DNA of 32,000 bases. It comes from Brevibacillus brevis (lineage in GTDB: Bacteria > Bacillota > Bacilli > Brevibacillales > Brevibacillaceae). The notes beneath the pieces are model-generated. The model saw only the letters and a program-made list of their open reading frames with translations. It was not told the origin of the DNA and did not search any database. Positions 26,276 through 32,000 of this stretch are shown one piece after another. A program made the position numbers and the translations under genes. Position 1 is the first letter of the stretch; each line of letters starts with the position of its first letter. The stretch spans positions 685,739-717,738 of the forward strand of contig NZ_CP134050.1 of NCBI RefSeq assembly GCF_031583145.1, read 5' to 3'.

Positions 26276-27886
26276 TTGGCAGTGAAAGAAGGTGATGAAT
26301 TGATTGAATCGTTCTGGAATACTTGTTTGCTTCATGATATCACAACCCGTGATCAGCTGCTGCGCGAAGCCATTCGAGTGAAGCGGACACAACAACTACT
26401 GAAACTACAACAGTTGGCCGAAACGGAGCTAATTACGGAACCCGAGAAGCTGTTTCTGTGGATGAAGGAACGCGCTTTAGACAGGGAATTAGGCCATTTC
26501 CCCGGCGATCGGGATTTATTTTATAAATTATACCATGCAGGCAAGGACATGGACTTGTTGGAATACGCCATGCTCACCATCCAACAAGATCGGGTTACAG
26601 GGAGCATTGTCGTCCATCCTGGAATCGTCGAAAAGTTTGTCGATCAGTGTGAGCGGCGTGGTTGCAAGAACATTCTGCTTGCAGAAGCTGAAAAGTATAT
26701 CAAAGGACTTGTCGAGACGAAATGTTACCATCGCCCATGGACAATCACATTGTTAACGGAAAACTACATCGTAGGCAGGTTGTTCAAAACGTATTTCGAG
26801 TCCTACTCCAATATCCGCATCGTTCAAGGGTCCATTTATCAGCCGCTACCTGCAGAAATTCAATTCGACGCGATCCTGGCGATGCCGAATTTCGGTATGA
26901 AAATGAACGATGACGAGGTTGCGGTTCGGGAATCCGAGGGCGCGGCGGCCAGCTATCTGCTTCCACTCTTGCAAGATGGCGGGAGATTAAGCGTGACCTT
27001 GCCCGCGCGGATGCTGTTTCAATCCGGCGCGATCGCCAGCTGGCGGAAGCAAATGAATGATCAGGCGCCGGTGCAAACGATCTATTCGCTTCCGGACGGC
27101 TTGTTTCGTCCCTACACTTCCATCAAGACCTATCAGGTTGACTTTGGAAAAGCGCCTGTGGAAGAGGTGATCCTCGGGCGGCTCCATATGGAGAAGTCAA
27201 AGCTTGTGGCGGAACGGGAGATTGCCATCCATCCAGACCGGTTCCGAGAGCTGGATCATTGGCGAATCGAACTGCTGCTGGATGAAGATCAGGATACACT
27301 TCGTTCGTTCCAGCAGGCGGCGACCCCGAAAGTGAAGTTGCGCGATGTGGCAGAAATTTTTCGGGGAAAATCGATTCTTAAGCAGGATCTAAAGCCCGGG
27401 AACATTAAGGTGCTGAATATATCCAATCTGGATGACGGCGAAGTGCTATTGGATCAACTTGAAACGATTGACGAGGAAGAGAGGAAAGTGAAACGTTACG
27501 AGATTCTCCCGGGTGACCTGGTCATGACGTGTCGCGGCACCGTGAACAAGCTGGCTGTATTTCCGGAGGCTCAAGGGATGGTCATCGCCTCCTCGAATAT
27601 GATCGTGATCCGATTCAAGTCGGCCATCAAGAGCCATTTTGCCAAAATATTTCTGGAAAGCCCGGTCGGGACAGCTCTTATTCAAAGCTTCCAGCGGGGA
27701 ACAACCGTGATGAATTTGAATCCAGCGGATGTGGCGGAATTGGAATTGCCTTTGGTACCGGAAGATATACAGCAAGAATTAATACAGCAATATATCCGGG
27801 AGAAAGAACGATATAAAGAGGTCGTTCGGGAAGCGGCTAACCGTTGGGAACAAGTGAAGAACCAGTTATATGAGCAACTCTACTGA
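26276..27886 (+). CDS. Degenerate N6-methylase-like protein fused to an HsdS-like target-recognition half-domain
   Basis: [54 protein letters not shown] sits where N-P-P-F/Y and following methylase strands are expected, but reads MPNFG; C-terminus [39 protein letters not shown]...[40 protein letters not shown]...[34 protein letters not shown] resembles HsdS. Confidence 0.8.
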   Translation: MAVKEGDELIESFWNTCLLHDITTRDQLLREAIRVKRTQQLLKLQQLAETELITEPEKLFLWMKERALDRELGHFPGDRDLFYKLYHAGKDMDLLEYAMLTIQQDRVTGSIVVHPGIVEKFVDQCERRGCKNILLAEAEKYIKGLVETKCYHRPWTITLLTENYIVGRLFKTYFESYSNIRIVQGSIYQPLPAEIQFDAILAMPNFGMKMNDDEVAVRESEGAAASYLLPLLQDGGRLSVTLPARMLFQSGAIASWRKQMNDQAPVQTIYSLPDGLFRPYTSIKTYQVDFGKAPVEEVILGRLHMEKSKLVAEREIAIHPDRFRELDHWRIELLLDEDQDTLRSFQQAATPKVKLRDVAEIFRGKSILKQDLKPGNIKVLNISNLDDGEVLLDQLETIDEEERKVKRYEILPGDLVMTCRGTVNKLAVFPEAQGMVIASSNMIVIRFKSAIKSHFAKIFLESPVGTALIQSFQRGTTVMNLNPADVAELELPLVPEDIQQELIQQYIREKERYKEVVREAANRWEQVKNQLYEQLY

Positions 27887-27902
27887 GGAGGAATTCAGGA
27901 TC

Positions 27903-29426
27903 ATGGCAACAGCGAACATTGGATTCGAGGAAAAATTATGGAGCATGGCCGATAAGCTGCGTGGCAGCATGGATGCAGCGGAGTATAAGCATGTAGCTCT
28001 CGGCCTGCTTTTTCTGAAATATGTGTCTGATGCATTTGAAGAAAAATACGAAGCTTTGAAAAATGAGCCATATGCTGATCCGGAAGACCGGGACGAATAT
28101 GTTGCTGCAAACATTTTCTGGGTACCGAAGGAAGCGCGCTGGAGCTATATCAAGGATAACGCGAAAAAGCCGGAAATCGGGCAGCTCATTGATAATGCGA
28201 TGATTGCCATCGAGAAGGAAAATCCAACGCTGAAAGGTGTGCTGCCGAAAGATTACGCCCGCCCGGCGCTCGATAAAACCCGTCTTGGCGAAGTGATCGA
28301 CCTATTCTCGTTCAAAGTGGGCGATGAAGAAAGCCGTTCGAAGGATGTACTGGGGCGGGTATATGAGTATTTCCTTAGCAAATTCGCAAGCGCGGAAGGC
28401 AAGAACGGCGGGGAATTCTATACCCCGAACAGCGTTGTTCGCCTGCTCGTCGAGATGATACAGCCGTTCAAGGGCCGCGTATACGACCCCTGCTGTGGTT
28501 CCGGCGGCATGTTCGTTCAGAGCGAGAAGTTTGTAGAGGAGCATCAGGGGCGCATTGGCGATATCGCGGTGTACGGGCAGGAGTCGAATCCGACGACGTG
28601 GAAGTTGTGCAAAATGAACCTCGCCATTCGCGGCATCGACGGCAACCTTGGGGAGCATCATGCAGATACGTTCCATAATGATTTACATAAAAATCTGAAG
28701 GCCGATTACATCTTGGCGAATCCGCCATTCAATATCAGCGATTGGGGCGGCGAGCGGCTGACAGAGGATGCCCGCTGGACATATGGAGTGCCTCCCGCTG
28801 GGAACGCTAACTACGCCTGGATTCAGCACATTGTGAACAAGCTTGCGCCCAGCGGTGTTGCAGGTTTCGTACTGGCGAATGGTTCCATGTCGACGAGCAC
28901 GACGGCGGAGTTTGAGATTCGCAGCAAGCTGGTTAACGCCGATCTGGTCGATTGCATCGTCACCTTGCCGGGGCAGTTGTTTTACTCCACACAGATTCCG
29001 GTATGTCTCTGGTTCATTGCTAAAAATAAAGCGCCAAAGGGCCTTCGGGACCGCCGCGGTGAAATCCTGTTTATTGATGCCCGCAAAATGGGCCATATGG
29101 TGGATCGCACACATCGCGAACTCAGTACGGAGGATATCCGGAAGATCGCCGATACATACCACGCATGGCGCGGTCAGGCGGAAGCTGGACAGTATGAGGA
29201 TGTGAAGGGCTTCTGCAAAGCAGTGAAACTTGCGGAAGTGCAGGAGCACGAGTATATTTTGACGCCGGGGCGTTATGTCGGGATTGAAGATGTGGAGGAA
29301 GACAGCGAACCGTTCGAGGATAAAATGGCACGGCTGACTTCGGAGCTAGCGGAACAGTTCGCCAAGTCCCGGCAACTGGAAGACGAAATTCGCAAGCGGC
29401 TTGGGGGGATTGGGTTTGAGTTTTGA
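27903..29426 (+). CDS. hsdM: Type I restriction-modification methyltransferase subunit HsdM
   Basis: [42 protein letters not shown]; [20 protein letters not shown]; [54 protein letters not shown]. Confidence 0.97.
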   Translation: MATANIGFEEKLWSMADKLRGSMDAAEYKHVALGLLFLKYVSDAFEEKYEALKNEPYADPEDRDEYVAANIFWVPKEARWSYIKDNAKKPEIGQLIDNAMIAIEKENPTLKGVLPKDYARPALDKTRLGEVIDLFSFKVGDEESRSKDVLGRVYEYFLSKFASAEGKNGGEFYTPNSVVRLLVEMIQPFKGRVYDPCCGSGGMFVQSEKFVEEHQGRIGDIAVYGQESNPTTWKLCKMNLAIRGIDGNLGEHHADTFHNDLHKNLKADYILANPPFNISDWGGERLTEDARWTYGVPPAGNANYAWIQHIVNKLAPSGVAGFVLANGSMSTSTTAEFEIRSKLVNADLVDCIVTLPGQLFYSTQIPVCLWFIAKNKAPKGLRDRRGEILFIDARKMGHMVDRTHRELSTEDIRKIADTYHAWRGQAEAGQYEDVKGFCKAVKLAEVQEHEYILTPGRYVGIEDVEEDSEPFEDKMARLTSELAEQFAKSRQLEDEIRKRLGGIGFEF

Positions 29427-30669
29427 AACTGGATGGAGAAAGTGTACTTGGGGAGATATTTCTACACTTGAATATGGGAAAGCCCTTAGGGATTATAAAG
29501 ATAAAACAAGTGGATATCCGGTTTATGGTACTAATGGTTTAATAGGATATACTGAAAAATATCTTTCAGATAAGCCAGGGGTAATAATTGGGCGAAAAGG
29601 TGCATACCGAGGAGTTCACTATTCCAATAGACCTTTTTTTGTTATCGATACCGCCTATTACTTATCACCCAAAATTCCCCAACTAAATTTAAGATGGGCA
29701 TACTATAGTTTGCGTAATATAGATATTAATAGCATGGATTCAGGCTCTGCAATTCCTTCCACGAGTAGAAGTGATTTTTACTCAATTGAAGTTGATCTAC
29801 CAGATATTTATGAACAACAAGAGATAGCAAATTTGCTCTCAGTATTAGACGATAAAATCGAACTCAACAACGCAATCAACAAAAACCTTGAAGAAATGGC
29901 CCAAGCCCTTTTTAATAGCTGGTTTGTGGACTTCGAGTTTCCAAATGAAAACGGAGAACCGTATAAATCCAGTGGCGGCGAGTTTGAGGAAAGTGAATTG
30001 GGGCTCATTCCGAAGGGGTGGAAGCAGGGGACAATTAGTGAACTTGGTGAGGTTGCCGGAGGAGCAACGCCTTCTAAGAAAAACGAAGACTTTTATACCG
30101 TTAGAGGCATTCCTTGGATCACTCCTAAAGATCTATCGAAAACTAACAACAAATATATCTCGCGCGGCGAAATAGATATTACACAGAAAGGGTTTAGCAA
30201 CTCCAGTGTAAAGCTTTTACCGAAAGGGACAGTTTTATTTAGTTCGCGAGCTCCTATTGGTTATATTGCAATAGCTAAAAATGAAGTTACAACAAATCAG
30301 GGATTTAAGTCCGTTATTCCATTCAAACATGTTGGTTCAGAATTCGTCTATTATCTCTTGAAGAGTAATGTTGAGACGATTGAATGTCGTGCATCGGGCT
30401 CAACCTTTAAGGAGATATCCGGGACAGAAATGAAGCGAGTGCCTGTTCTTATCCCTACAGAAAATGTCCTTGCGAAGTTTAATGAGATCGTTGAACCGAT
30501 AGGGAGATTAACACAAAAGTGTGAAGAAGAAAATGAAGATTTAACCCAAATCCGCGACACCCTTCTCCCCAAACTGATGTCGGGCGAGATCCGTGTCCCT
30601 GTGGAGCAGGATCATAATCATCCCGATCTGCCAAAGGTTGCGGAGAGCAGCGCAATCTATCAGCCCTAA
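29401..30669 (+). CDS. hsdS: Type I restriction-modification specificity subunit HsdS (two TRDs)
   Basis: [39 protein letters not shown]...[43 protein letters not shown]...[51 protein letters not shown]...[12 protein letters not shown]. Confidence 0.95.
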   Translation: MGGLGLSFETGWRKCTWGDISTLEYGKALRDYKDKTSGYPVYGTNGLIGYTEKYLSDKPGVIIGRKGAYRGVHYSNRPFFVIDTAYYLSPKIPQLNLRWAYYSLRNIDINSMDSGSAIPSTSRSDFYSIEVDLPDIYEQQEIANLLSVLDDKIELNNAINKNLEEMAQALFNSWFVDFEFPNENGEPYKSSGGEFEESELGLIPKGWKQGTISELGEVAGGATPSKKNEDFYTVRGIPWITPKDLSKTNNKYISRGEIDITQKGFSNSSVKLLPKGTVLFSSRAPIGYIAIAKNEVTTNQGFKSVIPFKHVGSEFVYYLLKSNVETIECRASGSTFKEISGTEMKRVPVLIPTENVLAKFNEIVEPIGRLTQKCEEENEDLTQIRDTLLPKLMSGEIRVPVEQDHNHPDLPKVAESSAIYQP

Positions 30670-30686
30670 TCCAAAGGAGGTGCAAC

Positions 30687-32000
30687 ATGGCCTACTATAC
30701 GACGTCCTATACCGAAAGCGACCTGGAGCAGGCCGCACTGGAGTGGTTCGAAGAACTGAACTACGAGAAAGCATACGGCCCGGATATTTCTCCGGAAGGC
30801 GAGTATCCCGAACGACAGTTTTACCATGACGTCATCCTGAAAGATCGGCTGCGCGAGGCTCTCATTCGCATCAACAAACATGTGCCGCGCGAAGCGATTG
30901 AGGAAGCGATCCGGATCGTTGAAGTGCCGCGCAGTCCCAGTTTGCTGATCAACAACCGGGCGTTCCAGAAGATGATCACTGACGGAATCGACGTGCAGTA
31001 TCAAGCCGCCAATGGCGAATATCCGACAGAGAAAATATGGCTGTTCGACACCGATCCGGACGGGATCGACAACAACGACTTTCTGGTCGTCAACCAGTTT
31101 ACCATCGTTGAAAATCAGGGAGAGAAGCGCCCGGATATCGTCGTGTTCGTAAATGGATTGCCGATCGCCGTATTTGAATTGAAAAGCGCCTCCAACGAAG
31201 AAGTCGGGATCAGCGATGCCTATAATCAAGTGCAGACGTACAAAGGCGCGATACCGTCCCTGTTCACCTACAACTCGTTCCTGGTCATCAGTGACGGTGT
31301 GAATGCGCGGGTTGGCACGCTGACCGCCAATGAAGACCGCTTTATGATGTGGCGCACGATCGACGGCGATGACGTGGCGCCCTCCTCCCTGCCCCAGCTT
31401 GAAGTGCTTGTAAAAGGAATGTTCGAGAAAAGCCGACTGCTTGATATTATCAAGCATTTCGTGCTGTTTCAGACCGATGGGGAGCATCTGTTCAAAATAT
31501 TGGCGGGATACCACCAATACCACGCCACCAACAAGGCGATTGCAAGTACGGAAAGAGCGACGATGGATGATGGGGACCGCAAAATCGGCGTCATCTGGCA
31601 TACGCAAGGCTCCGGTAAAAGCTTGTCCATGGTTTTCTACGCGGGAAAACTTGTTCTGACGCTGAACAACCCGACGATCGTCGTGGTGACGGACCGGAAC
31701 GATCTGGACGATCAGTTGTTCAGCACGTTCAGCAAGTCGAAGGACTTGCTCAGGCAAACGCCTCAGCAAGCGGAAAATCGGACTCATTTGCGACAACTTT
31801 TGTCGGTGGAGTCGGGCGGGATCATTTTCACAACGGTTCACAAGTTCACCCCCGATGAAAATGAAGACAAATATCCTGTACTTACGGAACGCCGCAATGT
31901 GATTGTGATTGCGGACGAGGCGCATCGCAGCCAGTACGGGTTTCAGGCGGATATGGTCGCCGGGGACGACGAAGCGGCCATTAAGTATGGCTATGCCAAA
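30687..32000 (+). CDS. hsdR: Type I restriction-modification endonuclease/translocase subunit HsdR (truncated by window edge)
   Basis: Nuclease PD..ELK: RPDIVVFVNGLPIAVFELKS; Walker A IGVIWHTQGSGKSLSMVFYAGKL; DEAH box IVIADEAHRSQYG. Confidence 0.97.
   Translation, partial: MAYYTTSYTESDLEQAALEWFEELNYEKAYGPDISPEGEYPERQFYHDVILKDRLREALIRINKHVPREAIEEAIRIVEVPRSPSLLINNRAFQKMITDGIDVQYQAANGEYPTEKIWLFDTDPDGIDNNDFLVVNQFTIVENQGEKRPDIVVFVNGLPIAVFELKSASNEEVGISDAYNQVQTYKGAIPSLFTYNSFLVISDGVNARVGTLTANEDRFMMWRTIDGDDVAPSSLPQLEVLVKGMFEKSRLLDIIKHFVLFQTDGEHLFKILAGYHQYHATNKAIASTERATMDDGDRKIGVIWHTQGSGKSLSMVFYAGKLVLTLNNPTIVVVTDRNDLDDQLFSTFSKSKDLLRQTPQQAENRTHLRQLLSVESGGIIFTTVHKFTPDENEDKYPVLTERRNVIVIADEAHRSQYGFQADMVAGDDEAAIKYGYAK

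Noticed and set aside
30666-31925. 419-aa minus-strand ORF opposite hsdR
   Set aside because: The plus strand carries unmistakable HsdR motifs in the same interval; the antisense translation has no recognisable domain and follows from codon composition.
26276-32000. BREX, DISARM or other multi-gene defence system
   Set aside because: No PglZ, BrxC, Lon-like, DrmA/B or similar proteins; genes M, S and R are standard type I R-M. Only the first gene is unusual.

Overview
Bacillota-like chromosomal window (lineage is inferred). The left ~14 kb holds ordinary genes: a two-component system, DUF3048, a CMD-family protein, a SEC-C protein and a methyltransferase-like protein. It also holds a phosphite uptake/oxidation locus, ptxA-ptxB-ptxC-ptxD, with a convergent LysR gene, followed by a RocB-like M20 peptidase. 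The rest is a heavily layered mobile region. (1) A complete IS21-family element (6256-8740, 5-bp TSD CCGTT) sits inside an IS91-like transposase gene. (2) Two directly repeated IS256-family copies (16568.. and 20050-21598), IS5-like and IS21-like remnants, and a 3' fragment of comM form an IS graveyard. (3) The right 10 kb is the CDE end of a Tn7-like transposon: a tnsC C-terminal remnant cut by an IS21-type terminus, an intact TnsD/TniQ and an intact TnsE. It is followed in the same orientation by a type I restriction-modification cargo (hsdM-hsdS-hsdR) preceded by an unusual fourth gene, 26276-27886. That gene fuses a degenerate N6-methylase-like domain to a single HsdS-like target-recognition half. 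The strongest candidate for something undescribed is this 'pseudo-methylase + TRD' protein coupled to hsdMSR as likely Tn7-like cargo. No tRNA, rRNA or CRISPR array was recognised. All family assignments come from recognising motifs in the translated sequence; no database search was run.
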